Below, piece after piece: positions 28,956 through 39,508 of a DNA stretch of 64,000 bases (position 1 is the stretch's first letter; each line of letters begins with the position of its first letter). The DNA is taken from the NCBI GenBank assembly GCA_046155365.1, contig JBJXFH010000153.1:6888-70887 (forward strand), in the 5' to 3' direction. Below the pieces are notes generated by a model that was not told the origin of the DNA, made no database searches, and saw only the letters and a program-made list of their open reading frames with translations. The stretch is from Acidimicrobiales bacterium. Its GTDB lineage: Bacteria; Actinomycetota; Acidimicrobiia; Acidimicrobiales; CAIXPF01. The position numbers were made by a program, and so were the translations under genes.

Positions 28956-30273
28956 AGGGCGTCACCTGCGCACGGTACTCGGCGAACTCGGCCCGCTTGT
29001 TACGCAGGAACCACTCGAAAATGTGATCGCCCAGCGCTTCGGCAACCAGCTCCGATCGCTCCATCTCGTCCAGCGCCTCTTCCAGGTTGACCGGCAGGGC
29101 GGTGATGCCCAACTTGGCGCGCTGGGGTGGCGAAAGCTCGAAGAGGTTGGCGTCAGCCTCCGGCGGGAGTTCGTAGCCGGCCTCGATGCCCCGCAAGCCG
29201 GCGGCCAGAATCACCGAGAACGCCAGGTAGGGGTTGCAGGCGGGGTCCGGGGCCCGGTACTCGATGCGGGTGGAGGACGGTTTGTCCCGCTTGGTGACCG
29301 GCACCCGGATCAGGGCCGAGCGATTGTTGTGGGCCCAGGTCACATAGGGCGGGGCCTCTGAGCCAGGGGTGAGCCGCTTGTAGGAGTTGACCAGCTGGTT
29401 GGTGACCGCGGTGATCTCCCGGGCATGGCGCAACAGACCGGCGATGAACTGGCGGGCCTCGAGGGACAGGCCCGCACCATCGGGATCGTGGAACACGTTG
29501 GTATCGCCCCGGAACAGGCTCATATGGGTGTGCATCCCCGAGCCCTGCACCCCCGCCAGCGGTTTGGGCATGAAGGTGGCGTACACCCCGCGTTCCAGGG
29601 CGATCTCCCGCACCAGTAACCGGAACGTCATCACCGTGTCCGCCATCTCCAGGGCCTCGGTGTAGCGCAGGTCGATCTCGTGTTGGGAGGGGGAGTCCTC
29701 ATGGAAGCTGTACTCCACCGGGATGCTCATCCCTTCCAGCATCCCGATGGTGCGTCGCCGCAGGTCCGAGGCCACATCGGCCAGGGTCAGATCGAAGTAT
29801 GAGCCGGTGTCGAGCGGTACCAGCGGGGTGTTCGGATCACCGTCGGCGAAATAGAAGAACTCCATCTCGGGGGCCACCATGAACGTGAAACCCAGCTCCC
29901 GGGCCCGTTGCACGTTGCGTTTGAGCACGTAACGGGGGTCCCCGGCGAAGGGGTCACCGTCCAGGTTCTCGATGTCGCAGAACATCCGCCCGGAATGGTC
30001 GGCCTCAGGACCGAACGGGATCAGCTCGAAGGTGGCGGCGTCGGGCCGGGCCAGCACGTCCGATTCCTGCACCCGGGAGAACCCGTCGATGCTCGACCCG
30101 TCGAAGTGCATTCCCTCGGTGAAGGCCGTTTCCAGCTCGGCGGGGGTGATGGCGAAGGACTTCAGCTGGCCGTTCACGTCGGTGAACCACAGTCGGATCA
30201 GCCGGACGGCACGCTCCTCAACGGTGCGAAGGACGTACTGTTGCTGGCGCAGCAGCTGCTCTTGACGGTTCAT
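28924..30273 (-). CDS. glnA2: glutamine synthetase family protein (GlnA2-like)
   Basis: MNRQEQLL...IRLWFTDVNGQLKSF...HFDGSSIDGF... from ATG 30273 (449 aa); GS catalytic pattern ...GSGMHTHMSLF... Confidence 0.85.
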   Translation of the reverse strand: MNRQEQLLRQQQYVLRTVEERAVRLIRLWFTDVNGQLKSFAITPAELETAFTEGMHFDGSSIDGFSRVQESDVLARPDAATFELIPFGPEADHSGRMFCDIENLDGDPFAGDPRYVLKRNVQRARELGFTFMVAPEMEFFYFADGDPNTPLVPLDTGSYFDLTLADVASDLRRRTIGMLEGMSIPVEYSFHEDSPSQHEIDLRYTEALEMADTVMTFRLLVREIALERGVYATFMPKPLAGVQGSGMHTHMSLFRGDTNVFHDPDGAGLSLEARQFIAGLLRHAREITAVTNQLVNSYKRLTPGSEAPPYVTWAHNNRSALIRVPVTKRDKPSSTRIEYRAPDPACNPYLAFSVILAAGLRGIEAGYELPPEADANLFELSPPQRAKLGITALPVNLEEALDEMERSELVAEALGDHIFEWFLRNKRAEFAEYRAQVTPYELRRYLPSW

Positions 30274-30323
30274 CGCCGCCCATGGTGGCTCGTGGCCGAC
30301 ATCGATCGGCACATCCCGCCACC

Positions 30324-30376
30324 CGTTCACATGACGTTCACATCCGGGCAATGAGCGCGAAACGCAGATTGCAAAC
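30324..30376. promoter_or_regulatory. phased repeats in the glnA2/glnA divergent region (candidate GlnR boxes)
   Basis: CGTTCACAT at 30324-30332 and 30335-30343 (11-bp phase), then GAAAC (30359) and GCAAAC (30371). Only loosely resembles gTnAc-n6-GaAAc. Confidence 0.3.
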
Positions 30377-30465
30377 CCGTCCGGTGCCACGACCTAGTGT
30401 CAGCCCATCGGGTCGCCCGCGCACGCGGCAGGCACGAACTCCCCCAACGAAAAGAAGGTGAAGTA

Positions 30466-31902
30466 GTGGAGAACCGTACGCCGGCGGAGGTCATCGCATT
30501 TGCGAAGGAGCAGGGCGTCGAGTTCGTCGACCTGCGCTTCTGTGACCTCCCGGGTCAGATGCAGCACTTCTCGGCACCGTTGCACCAGCTCACCGAGGAT
30601 GTGTTCGAAGAGGGTTTCGGGTTCGATGGCAGCTCCATCCGGGGTTTCCAAGAGATCCAGGAATCGGACATGTTGCTGTTGCCGGACCCCAACACCGCCA
30701 TCATCGACCCCTTCCGCACCCGCAAGACCCTCAACATCAACTGCTTCGTGCACGATCCGCTCACCGGTGAGGCCTACAGCCGCGACCCGCGCAACATCGC
30801 CCGCAAGGCCGAGGCGTACCTGCTCACCACCGGCATCGCCGACACCGTGTACTTCGGGCCCGAGGCGGAGTTCTTCATCTTCGACTCCGCCCGTTACCAG
30901 CAGAACGCCAACAGCGCCTTCTACGAGGTGGACTCCGACGCCGCGGCGTGGAACCTGGGCAGTGCCACCAACATCGATGGCAAGCCCAACCGGGGGTACA
31001 AGCCCCGCCACAAGGAGGGCTACTTCCCGGTGCCCCCCGTGGACCACTTCCAGGACATGCGGTCGGACATGGTCGCCGCCCTCGAAGGCTGCGGGGTGGA
31101 GATCGAGATCCAGCACCACGAGGTGGCCACCGGCGGCCAGGCCGAGATCGACATGCGTTTCGACACCCTGCTGCGGGTGGCGGACAAGCTGATGTTGTAC
31201 AAGTACATCGTCAAGAACGTCGCCTGGAACGCCGGCAAGGTGGTGACGTTCATGCCCAAGCCGCTGTTCCAGGACAACGGGTCGGGCATGCACTGCCATC
31301 AGTCGCTGTGGAATGGCGACGAGCCGTTGTTCTACGACGGGGACAAGTACGCCGGCTTGTCCGATATGGCCCGCTGGTACATCGGCGGCATCCTCAAGCA
31401 CGCCCCGGCCATCTTGGCCTTCGCTGCGCCCACCACGAACTCCTACAAGCGCCTGGTCCCGGGCTACGAAGCGCCGGTGAACCTGGTGTACAGCCAACGC
31501 AACCGGTCCGCCGCGGTGCGCATCCCGCTGTACTCCAAGTCCCCCAAGGCCAAGCGGTTGGAGTTCCGCTGTCCCGACCCGTCCTGCAACCCCTACCTGG
31601 CCTTCGCGGCGCAGTTGATGGCCGGCCTCGACGGGATCCAGAACCGCATCGAGCCCCCGGACCCGGTGGACCACAACCTCTACGACCTCCCGCCGGAGGA
31701 GCTCAAGAAGGTCCCGCAGGTTCCGGCATCGTTGGAAGCCTCCCTCGACGCCCTCGAAGCTGACCACGAGTTCCTGCTGGCCGGTGGCGTGTTCACCCGG
31801 GATCTGATCGACACCTGGGTGGCCTACAAACGAGAGGCCGAGGTGGACGCCATCCGCCTCCGCCCCCACCCCTACGAGTTCCATCTCTACTTCGACATCT
31901 AG
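30466..31902 (+). CDS. glnA: glutamine synthetase type I
   Basis: GTG 30466; ...[15 protein letters not shown]...; adenylylation-site context [10 protein letters not shown]; 478 aa. Confidence 0.95.
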   Translation: MENRTPAEVIAFAKEQGVEFVDLRFCDLPGQMQHFSAPLHQLTEDVFEEGFGFDGSSIRGFQEIQESDMLLLPDPNTAIIDPFRTRKTLNINCFVHDPLTGEAYSRDPRNIARKAEAYLLTTGIADTVYFGPEAEFFIFDSARYQQNANSAFYEVDSDAAAWNLGSATNIDGKPNRGYKPRHKEGYFPVPPVDHFQDMRSDMVAALEGCGVEIEIQHHEVATGGQAEIDMRFDTLLRVADKLMLYKYIVKNVAWNAGKVVTFMPKPLFQDNGSGMHCHQSLWNGDEPLFYDGDKYAGLSDMARWYIGGILKHAPAILAFAAPTTNSYKRLVPGYEAPVNLVYSQRNRSAAVRIPLYSKSPKAKRLEFRCPDPSCNPYLAFAAQLMAGLDGIQNRIEPPDPVDHNLYDLPPEELKKVPQVPASLEASLDALEADHEFLLAGGVFTRDLIDTWVAYKREAEVDAIRLRPHPYEFHLYFDI

Positions 31903-31934
31903 TCGATCTCGAGTCCAACGCTTCGGGGCTATCC

Positions 31935-31977
31935 GCAGGTCAGGGGTTGTTCGGGCCCCTGACCTGCTGGCGTTTTG
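31935..31977 (+). terminator. intrinsic terminator after glnA
   Basis: 12-bp perfect stem gcaggtcagggg / cccctgacctgc, 9-nt loop, followed by cgttttg. Confidence 0.75.
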
Positions 31978-32128
31978 TGGAGCTGAACCGCCTTCTCAGG
32001 AGCCGTCGGAGGACGCCTCGGCGCCGGTGACGGGCTGGCCCGTGGCGCGCAGCTCTTGGGCGATGGTGCGCATGAGGTCCCGGCTCGCTCGCCACCCGCG
32101 GACCTTCCATCGGTAGATGCGCTCGCCG

Positions 32129-32815
32129 TCAGAGCGATCTTGCGTCGGGTGGCGTGCCGGTTTGCTGGTAGGGGTGTTCGGCCAGGTCGAAGAATCCCCG
32201 GTAGGCCAGGAGCTCGCCGATGGGGGTTTGCACTTGGACGTCGATGCCGAAGCGCTGGCGGGAAACGTCCCACCACTCTCGAACCCGGGCGGTCCCGGCC
32301 AACGAGGAGGGAACCACGAACGACACCGGGCCGAGATGCAGACGTGAGCCGGCACTGCTCAGACAGAGGGCGCCCTGCTCATCGACGGTGGCGCGCAGCT
32401 GCGTGGACAGGTTCTGGTTGGTACCGAGGTAATCCACCAGGCAGCGCTGTCGCTCGTCGTACACCGTGGTCGAATCTGAACGGCGGAATCGCCCGGGGAA
32501 ACGGAATCGCCGACTGGCGGCCAGCGTGGAGCGACCGAACCGGTCAACGTAGGCGTGCCCCTCGATGGTGAACGCAACCTCCCGACCCTGTTCAGGGCAC
32601 AGGATCCGCCGGGCGGCGATCGCAGCCAGGACCGGTTTGGCCCACCAAGCCCGACGGATCTCCTCCATCGTTCCCCGACCGATCTGAAAGACCCCGTCAC
32701 CGGGAGCCAGGGCGCAGCGCCATTGGAGCTTGGGGTGCAGCCGATGGAAGTCCTCACCGAGCGCCTGCTGAAAGATCGAGCCCCCGGCCCCGACCACCCT
32801 CGCCGGAGCGTTCAT
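32129..32815 (-). CDS. conserved hypothetical protein (possibly DUF4166-like), translationally coupled to glnE
   Basis: ATGA overlap with the glnE stop (32812-32815); ...FHRLHPKLQWR... The family assignment is from memory only. Confidence 0.55.
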   Translation of the reverse strand: MNAPARVVGAGGSIFQQALGEDFHRLHPKLQWRCALAPGDGVFQIGRGTMEEIRRAWWAKPVLAAIAARRILCPEQGREVAFTIEGHAYVDRFGRSTLAASRRFRFPGRFRRSDSTTVYDERQRCLVDYLGTNQNLSTQLRATVDEQGALCLSSAGSRLHLGPVSFVVPSSLAGTARVREWWDVSRQRFGIDVQVQTPIGELLAYRGFFDLAEHPYQQTGTPPDARSL

Positions 32816-35628
32816 GATCCGTAGAACAACCGTTGCACCACCGCTCGGGCCGGGGCCGCCACCGTGGCAAAGGCGGCCCCGCAGTCCTCGACAGCCAGCA
32901 GCCGGTCCACGTCTATTCGCTGGGTGCCGCCGGCAGGCAGGATGTCGGACTTCACCCCCGAACGCAGGTACATGGCGTTGCGGGCCCGGGTGCAGAATCG
33001 GTAGCTCGCCCGCAATGACTCGGCGTCCCCGGCGCTCATCAGGCCTTCCGCCTCCAGCGAGGCCAACGCCGCCAGTGTGTTGGGATGACGCACCGAAGGG
33101 TGATCCAATCCGTGGGTCAACTGCAACAACTGCACGGTGAACTCCACGTCGACCATGCCACCGGGACCCAGCTTGAGATGTAACGCCTTATCCTCTCCCC
33201 GGCGAATGCGCTCGTTCTCGACCCGCCGCTTGATGTGGCGCAGTTCGGCCCGGTGCTCGCCGGTCAGCGGGCCGCGGTAGCTGATCTGGTCCCGTAACGC
33301 CTCAAAGGCCGCCCCCAGGGCCGGGTCACCAGCACAGAATCGGGCCTTGATCAGGGCTTGACGTTCCCAGACCTGGGACCACGCCATGTAGTACTCCCGG
33401 TAGGAACCCAGGGTTCGGGCCAGCACCCCCTGGTTGCCCTCGGGTCGCAAGCGGGCGTCGATCTCCCAGATGCGGGCCTCACCGGCGCTACCGCCGATGG
33501 TCCGCAGCAGGGTCGCAGCCACGGCCTCGGCCTGAGCCGGTGGTTGGCGGTGTACGAAGATCACGTCCAGATCGGACGGAAAGGCCAGCTCACGGCCGCC
33601 GAGCTTTCCCATGGCGATGATCGCGAACCCCTCTCGGGCCCTGACTGGCAGGGCCGAGTCCAACAGCACATCGGCCAGGTCGCTCAGCTCGGCGGCCACG
33701 TCAAAATCCTCAGACAGCACGGCGCGCAACGCCAGCCGGGTCTGCTGGCGGCCATTGAGGGTCCGCAGTCGGGCTATCGGCAGCGTCGGTCCCATGACGG
33801 CGTCGTGTGGTTCCCGCGCCGCTCCCACCGGCGCCACCGCCTCGTGGGGGTCCTGGCCGATCAGTTCCTCCCGGAGCTCGGCTGGGGCCGGGGCTTTGGC
33901 CAACTGATCCAGATCGCCCAGCTCGGCAACCAGCTCGGGGTGGCGGCGAAGGCCCTGGCCGGCGACCTTGGAGGAGCCGAGCACCCGGCACAAGCGCTCG
34001 GTGATCGCCGCGGACTCCCGTAGCAGCGGCATCACCGTCATGGACCGGGCCGGACCATCCAGCACGATGCGGAGCTGCAACAAGCCCAGGTCGGGGTTGG
34101 GCGCGCCCGACAGCCACTCCATCAGCTGCGGCATGAGTACGCGCAGTTGCACCGCGTTTCGGCTGGCTCCCGCGGTGAGCTCCTCGATGGCCGCCCGGGT
34201 AGCGACCAGATCGGAGAAGCCCAACGCCGCCAGCTCGCTGTGCAACCGGCCCGGATCCCAACGGCCACGGCCCGAGAGCGCCTCGAGGAGCGGCCGGAAG
34301 AAGAGCCGTTCGAAGATGGATCGCACCGAGGCCTGGTGGCGCCGATGGCTGTCCATGAACTGGGTGACGGCGTTCTCGGTGGCCTGCTCCGTGGGGCGAT
34401 CCCGGTAGCCCATCACCCGGGCCAGCCGATCGAGTTGCGCCGCATCCACCGGTAGGGCGTACACCTGCTGCTCTTGCTGCAGCTGTAGGCGATGCTCGAC
34501 CGTGCGGAGGTAGCGGTACGCCACCGCCAGGTGTTCCCCGTCCGCTTCGTCGATGTAACCCCGGCGGGAGAGCTGGTCCAGCGCCACCAGCGTGGTTGCG
34601 GACCGAATGGCCTGATCGGCTCCGCCGTGCACGAACTGCAAGATCTGCACTGCCATCTCGACGTCGCGGATGCCGCCGCGACCTCGCTTCACCTCCCGCT
34701 CCAGGAGGCCTTCCCGCTGCAGAGCCTGTTCGGTCCGGGCCTTGTGGGCGCGTAGCTCGGGAACGGCACCGGCGGATCGGGCCCGGTCCCACAATTCCAC
34801 CCTGGTGGCGGCCATCCACTCGCTGGCCAGCTCTTGGTCACCGGCCACTGGACGGGCCTTGATCAGCGCCTGCCGTTCCCACATCAACGCCCGGCCGCCG
34901 TAATAGTCCTGGTACGCCGCCACCGTTCGCGACAACGCTCCCGCCTTGCCGTCCGGACGAAGGTCCGCGTCGGTGCGGAACACGATGCCTTCCTTGGTGA
35001 CCTCGCTCATTGTGGCAATCACCCGCCGCGCCGCCCGAGCGGCATCGAACTCATCACCCTCGTGCACGAACAACACGTCCACGTCAGAGGCGTAGTTGAG
35101 CTCAGACCCTCCGAGCTTGCCCATGGCCACGATCGCCATGGGACGGTTCGGGGCGGCCACGGTCAGTGACGCCGCCAGGCACGCGTCGGCCAGGCTGGCC
35201 AGCTCCCGACCCACGCCGGCCACGTCGCTGTGTCCCAACAGATCCCGCAACGCGATGCGCAGGAACTCCCGCCGCTTCCAGCTACGCAAGGCGTCGGAGG
35301 GCGTGACGCGATCCTCGAGGGCTGCCACTACGTCAATGGCCTCGGCCACCAGCTCTTCGGTCTCCCGCTCGACCAGGTGATCCACCACCACCAGCAGCGA
35401 CGGCGACCGGACCACGGCGTCGGCCAGGGACCGGGAGGCGTCGGCCAAGCGCACCGCGGCGGTGGCCATCAGCTCATCGTGATCGATGCGCGGCGAAACG
35501 GGCTGCCCGGCCCCCCGAAGCCGTTCCACCACCAGCTGCGCCCCGACGGGGTCCGCGGCGTCCTCGATGAGCTCCTCGAGCCGCGCCACCGTTGGGACCC
35601 TACCCGCAGCTTTCGGACTGGGCTGCAA
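32812..35628 (-). CDS. glnE: bifunctional glutamine synthetase adenylyltransferase/adenylyl-removing enzyme
   Basis: 938 aa with two nucleotidyltransferase halves (…MGKLGGSELNYASDVDVLFV… and …MGKLGGRELAFPSDLDVIFV…). Confidence 0.9.
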   Translation of the reverse strand: MQPSPKAAGRVPTVARLEELIEDAADPVGAQLVVERLRGAGQPVSPRIDHDELMATAAVRLADASRSLADAVVRSPSLLVVVDHLVERETEELVAEAIDVVAALEDRVTPSDALRSWKRREFLRIALRDLLGHSDVAGVGRELASLADACLAASLTVAAPNRPMAIVAMGKLGGSELNYASDVDVLFVHEGDEFDAARAARRVIATMSEVTKEGIVFRTDADLRPDGKAGALSRTVAAYQDYYGGRALMWERQALIKARPVAGDQELASEWMAATRVELWDRARSAGAVPELRAHKARTEQALQREGLLEREVKRGRGGIRDVEMAVQILQFVHGGADQAIRSATTLVALDQLSRRGYIDEADGEHLAVAYRYLRTVEHRLQLQQEQQVYALPVDAAQLDRLARVMGYRDRPTEQATENAVTQFMDSHRRHQASVRSIFERLFFRPLLEALSGRGRWDPGRLHSELAALGFSDLVATRAAIEELTAGASRNAVQLRVLMPQLMEWLSGAPNPDLGLLQLRIVLDGPARSMTVMPLLRESAAITERLCRVLGSSKVAGQGLRRHPELVAELGDLDQLAKAPAPAELREELIGQDPHEAVAPVGAAREPHDAVMGPTLPIARLRTLNGRQQTRLALRAVLSEDFDVAAELSDLADVLLDSALPVRAREGFAIIAMGKLGGRELAFPSDLDVIFVHRQPPAQAEAVAATLLRTIGGSAGEARIWEIDARLRPEGNQGVLARTLGSYREYYMAWSQVWERQALIKARFCAGDPALGAAFEALRDQISYRGPLTGEHRAELRHIKRRVENERIRRGEDKALHLKLGPGGMVDVEFTVQLLQLTHGLDHPSVRHPNTLAALASLEAEGLMSAGDAESLRASYRFCTRARNAMYLRSGVKSDILPAGGTQRIDVDRLLAVEDCGAAFATVAAPARAVVQRLFYGS

Positions 35629-35637
35629 GCGGCGCGG

Positions 35638-35940
35638 TCAGCCCTTACAGGACCAGATCCAGCGCTTCTGCAGGCTGGGCGGGGCTTTCACGCCGGCATC
35701 GGCCGCAGGATCGAACGTGCCGCCAGCCATATCGGGGTGGCAGCTGGCGAAGACCAGTCGGTAGATCGGTCCGCCGCTGCTGCGTTGGACCAGCTCAACC
35801 CGGGCCGGCCCGTACTTCGTTGACAAGGTATCCCCGGCGGAAATCGACGGCCGCAGGGTCTCACAGCCGGCCACGCTCAAGCACGCGGTTCCCACGCCCA
35901 GTGCGATGATCGCTCGTTGCCACCGTGCTGGATGCCCCAC
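35638..35940 (-). CDS. small lipoprotein
   Basis: Signal peptide with lipobox LSVAGC; ends 10 nt upstream of the glnE start. Confidence 0.5.
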   Translation of the reverse strand: MGHPARWQRAIIALGVGTACLSVAGCETLRPSISAGDTLSTKYGPARVELVQRSSGGPIYRLVFASCHPDMAGGTFDPAADAGVKAPPSLQKRWIWSCKG

Positions 35941-36050
35941 ATCCGACCATCGGCGCCGGACAGGTCGTACTTGAGGGGCCGTTTCGCAGCGTTGCGCGGT
36001 CGACCGCCGCGCCGCGGGTGCGGAACCCGGCCGTTGCGTAGCCTGAGCCG

Positions 36051-37772
36051 GTGAGCTCCATTCGCCTGGCGGCCTGCCAGATCAACACCGTCGTAGGGGA
36101 CGTGGATGGCAACGCCGAGCGGGTGCTGGCGGCGCTTGAACAAGCCGAAGCCGCCGGCGCACAGGTGGCGGTTTTCCCCGAGTTGACCCTCTGTGGGTAT
36201 CCCCCCGAGGACTTGTTGTTGAAGCCCGGCTTCGTGGCTGACGGTCGGCTGGCTTTGGAAAAAGTCGTCGCCCGCAGCGGATCCTGCGCCGCGGTGGTGG
36301 GCTTCGTGGACGGTGAGCATGACCTGTTCAACGCCGCCGCGGTCTGCGCCGAGGGCGTGCTGCGGGGCATTGTCCACAAGCAGCTGCTCCCCAACTACGG
36401 GCCCTTCGACGAGCACCGATACTTCACTGCGGGCCGTCGTCGGCCGCCACTGTTCGAAATCGGCGGGTTGGCCGTGGGGGTGTCGATCTGCGAGGACATC
36501 TGGAGTCCCGCCGGGCCGGTGTCGGACCTGGCCAGTGGCGGCGCTGAGCTGATCGTCAACCTCAACGCCTCGCCCTACCACCAGGGCAAGATCGCGGACC
36601 GGCTGCGCATGGTGTCCACCCGGGCCGCCGATGCCAGCGCCGCCATCGTGTACGTGAACCTGGTGGGCGGACAGGATGAGCTCATCTTCGACGGCGGATC
36701 CTTCGTGGTGGATCAGCGCGGTGAGCTCATCGCCCGAGCGGCGGCGTTCGCCGAAGAGGTGCTGGTGGTGGATCTCGAGCTGCGACCGGTGTACCGCAAG
36801 CGCCTGCTGGACCCTCGCCACCGGCCGGTGAGCGAGCCCCTACCGGTGGTGAGCGTGAGCGGGCCCCGGACCCTAGACGCCGCCCTCCCCAACCCGGTGG
36901 CGCTCATGCTGGACCCGCTGGAGGAGGTCTACCGGGCCCTGGTCCTTGCCACCGGGGATTACGTCACCAAGAACGGCTTCACCGACGTGGTCATCGGGCT
37001 CTCCGGCGGGGTCGATTCCTCGTTGGTGGCGGCCATCGCCGTGGACGCCCTGGGACCAGCGCACGTGCACGGGGTGGCCATGCCGTCGCGCTACAGCTCC
37101 GACCATTCCATCCAGGACGCCGACGCGCTGGCGGCGGCGCTGGGCATTGACCTACGCACGATCGCCATCGAGGCTGCCCACGGCGCCTTCGAGGAGATGC
37201 TGGCGCCCAGCTTCGAGGGTCGGCCCGCCGATCTGACCGAGGAGAACCTGCAGTCCCGGGTTCGCGGCGTCACCCTCATGGCGCTGTCCAACAAGCTCGG
37301 CTGGCTGGTGCTGACCACCTCCAACAAATCGGAGTCGGCGGTGGGTTACGCCACCCTGTACGGGGATACCGCCGGCGGGTTCTCCGTGATCAAGGATGTG
37401 CCGAAACTGCTGGTCTATGAGCTGTGCCGTTGGCGGAATGAGCAAGCCCACCACCACGGCCAGCCCGAACCGATCCCCCAGCGGGTGTTCACCAAGGCGC
37501 CCTCTGCCGAGTTGCGGCCTGACCAGCGCGATGACCAGTCCCTGCCGCCCTATGACGTGCTTGATCCCATCCTGCGGGCCTATGTGGAGGAGGACCGTTC
37601 GGTGGAGGAGATCGTGGCCAGCGGGTTCGACGCCCCCACGGTCCGACGCATCGTGCGGCTGGTTGATCTGGCGGAGTACAAACGACGTCAAACCGCTCCC
37701 GGGGCCCGAATCTCGTCCCGGGCGTTCGGCAAGGATCGTCGGCTCCCGATCACGAACCACTACCGCGGCTGA
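36051..37772 (+). CDS. nadE: glutamine-dependent NAD+ synthetase
   Basis: N-terminal nitrilase-like domain (…VAVFPELTLCGYPPEDLL…) plus a synthetase domain with SGGVDS PP-loop. Confidence 0.9.
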   Translation: MSSIRLAACQINTVVGDVDGNAERVLAALEQAEAAGAQVAVFPELTLCGYPPEDLLLKPGFVADGRLALEKVVARSGSCAAVVGFVDGEHDLFNAAAVCAEGVLRGIVHKQLLPNYGPFDEHRYFTAGRRRPPLFEIGGLAVGVSICEDIWSPAGPVSDLASGGAELIVNLNASPYHQGKIADRLRMVSTRAADASAAIVYVNLVGGQDELIFDGGSFVVDQRGELIARAAAFAEEVLVVDLELRPVYRKRLLDPRHRPVSEPLPVVSVSGPRTLDAALPNPVALMLDPLEEVYRALVLATGDYVTKNGFTDVVIGLSGGVDSSLVAAIAVDALGPAHVHGVAMPSRYSSDHSIQDADALAAALGIDLRTIAIEAAHGAFEEMLAPSFEGRPADLTEENLQSRVRGVTLMALSNKLGWLVLTTSNKSESAVGYATLYGDTAGGFSVIKDVPKLLVYELCRWRNEQAHHHGQPEPIPQRVFTKAPSAELRPDQRDDQSLPPYDVLDPILRAYVEEDRSVEEIVASGFDAPTVRRIVRLVDLAEYKRRQTAPGARISSRAFGKDRRLPITNHYRG

Positions 37773-38377
37773 TGGACTCGAGCGAGCTGACCCCAGGGGT
37801 TCAGACGTTCGTGGGGTTACACCAGGCGGCGCGCATCGTTGGGGGCTGGTGCTGGGCCGAGCAGCGTTGTTTTGAAGTGCTCGGCGGATGGGTGCGGGAC
37901 ACTTCCGATCCGGCGGCCAAAAGGCTGCTGGCCATCCACAGCCGCCACCACGCCTGGCGAGCGCAACGTTGGGCCGAGCTGTTGCCACGGGCCTACTCCG
38001 CCTCACCCGAGGAACTGAGCAGTTCGCCGGGGCCGGTGGATCAGACCGTTTTCGAGGAACTTGACCGGCTAGCCACAGTCGGCCGGCGAATGCAAGGGCA
38101 CTATCATGAGGTCTATCCAGCGCTGTTGAGGGCGTACCAAACCTCGCCAGTCGTGATGAGCCCGCTCAGCGATGCACCCGCGCTCCGCGCGATACGCATC
38201 ATTCTGAGTGACGGGCAACACGATTTGGCCGAGGGAAGGGCGCTTATCAGCAAGCTGGACAGGGGGATCTCTGACCCGGATCATCTGACCCAGCTGCAGC
38301 AGGCTCTGGCAAAGACCCAGGTCAAAGCGCACGAGAGTGGGCATCTGGCAACAGTGTTCAACCGCTGGGGAGCTTGA
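37772..38377 (+). CDS. hypothetical helical protein
   Basis: Start overlaps the nadE stop by 1 nt; His/Trp-rich helices (…HSRHHAWRAQRWAELL…GHYHEVYPALL…); no family recognised. Confidence 0.5.
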   Translation: MDSSELTPGVQTFVGLHQAARIVGGWCWAEQRCFEVLGGWVRDTSDPAAKRLLAIHSRHHAWRAQRWAELLPRAYSASPEELSSSPGPVDQTVFEELDRLATVGRRMQGHYHEVYPALLRAYQTSPVVMSPLSDAPALRAIRIILSDGQHDLAEGRALISKLDRGISDPDHLTQLQQALAKTQVKAHESGHLATVFNRWGA

Positions 38378-38431
38378 CCCCATCGGTATCGTGACAAAGC
38401 ACAATCCGGCGTCCGAGGAAGAGGGTGCATC

Positions 38432-39367
38432 TTGCCGAAGGAGCGTGTGGAGCGTGACGAGGAAGACCTTGTTCGTCTCTACCTCACCGACATCGGGCAG
38501 TACCCGCTGCTCACCAAGGATGACGAGGTTCGCCTCGCGCAACAGATCGAATCCGGGACCTCTGCCCGCTCGGAGCTGGAAGCGGCATCCGAGCTAACCC
38601 CCGCCCGCAAGCGTGAGCTGCGCAAGCACATCCGTGCCGGCGAAGAGGCCGAGCGCACCTTCGTGCAGTCCAACCTGCGGCTGGTGGTGTCCATCGCCAA
38701 GAAGTATCAGGCGTCGGGCCTGCCCCTGTTGGATCTGATCCAGGAGGGAAACCTGGGTCTCATGCACGCCGTGGAGAAGTTCGACTGGCGCAAGGGGTTC
38801 AAGTTCTCCACCTACGCCACCTGGTGGATCCGCCAGGCCATCACGAGGGGTATTGCCAACACCGGGCGCACCATCAGGCTGCCGGTGCACGCCGGGGACA
38901 CCCTGGCCCGCCTGCAGAAGGCCAGGGCCCGCCTGGAACTGAAGCTGGGCCGCCCCGCCACCCTGGCTGAGCTGTCGGCCGAAGTCGAAATGCCCGAGGA
39001 CAAGGTCACCGAAGCCCTCCGCTTCGCCGCTGAGCCGTTGTCGTTGTCCGAGCCCCTGCGTGAAGACGGTGACGCTGAGCTCGGTGACGTGGTCGAGGAC
39101 CGCTCGGCCGAGTCCCCGTTCGAGGTGGCGGCCACGGCGCTGCTGCCGGAGGAGATCAGCCGCCTGCTGGCTCCTCTCGATGAGCGGGAGCGGGAAATCC
39201 TCAAGCTGCGTTTCGGGCTTGATCGCGGCGAGCCCCGGACCCTCGAAGAGGTGGGCGAGCACTTCAACCTCACCCGGGAACGCATCCGTCAGATCGAAGC
39301 CCGGGCCATGTCCAAGCTGCGTCACCCCAGCAGCGACACCGGCGCCCGGGATCTGCTGGCGGTCTGA
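38432..39367 (+). CDS. RpoD-family (group 1/2-like) sigma factor lacking a long N-terminal region
   Basis: ...LYLTDIGQYPLLTKDDEVRLA...FVQSNLRLVVSIAKKY...STYATWWIRQAITR...LTRERIRQIEARAMSKLRHP. Confidence 0.9.
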   Translation: MPKERVERDEEDLVRLYLTDIGQYPLLTKDDEVRLAQQIESGTSARSELEAASELTPARKRELRKHIRAGEEAERTFVQSNLRLVVSIAKKYQASGLPLLDLIQEGNLGLMHAVEKFDWRKGFKFSTYATWWIRQAITRGIANTGRTIRLPVHAGDTLARLQKARARLELKLGRPATLAELSAEVEMPEDKVTEALRFAAEPLSLSEPLREDGDAELGDVVEDRSAESPFEVAATALLPEEISRLLAPLDEREREILKLRFGLDRGEPRTLEEVGEHFNLTRERIRQIEARAMSKLRHPSSDTGARDLLAV

Positions 39368-39480
39368 GCCCACCGTCCGGGCCGGCCACCCAGGTCGGTC
39401 CGGACGCATCTGTTGCATCGTCGCCTCGCCCATGAGCACGCTGTGTCGCGCGTGACACACGGCAGATCTGACCGACGTTG

Positions 39481-39508
39481 TGGCGGAGGTGGACGGGAAT
39501 CGCACCCG
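39481..39508. repeat. direct repeat of the tRNA-Sec 3' end (displaced att half-site)
   Basis: tggcggaggtggacgggaatcgCacccg versus 40574-40601 tggcggaggtggacgggaatcgAacccg: 27/28 identical, and the flanking ttg is also shared. Confidence 0.85.
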
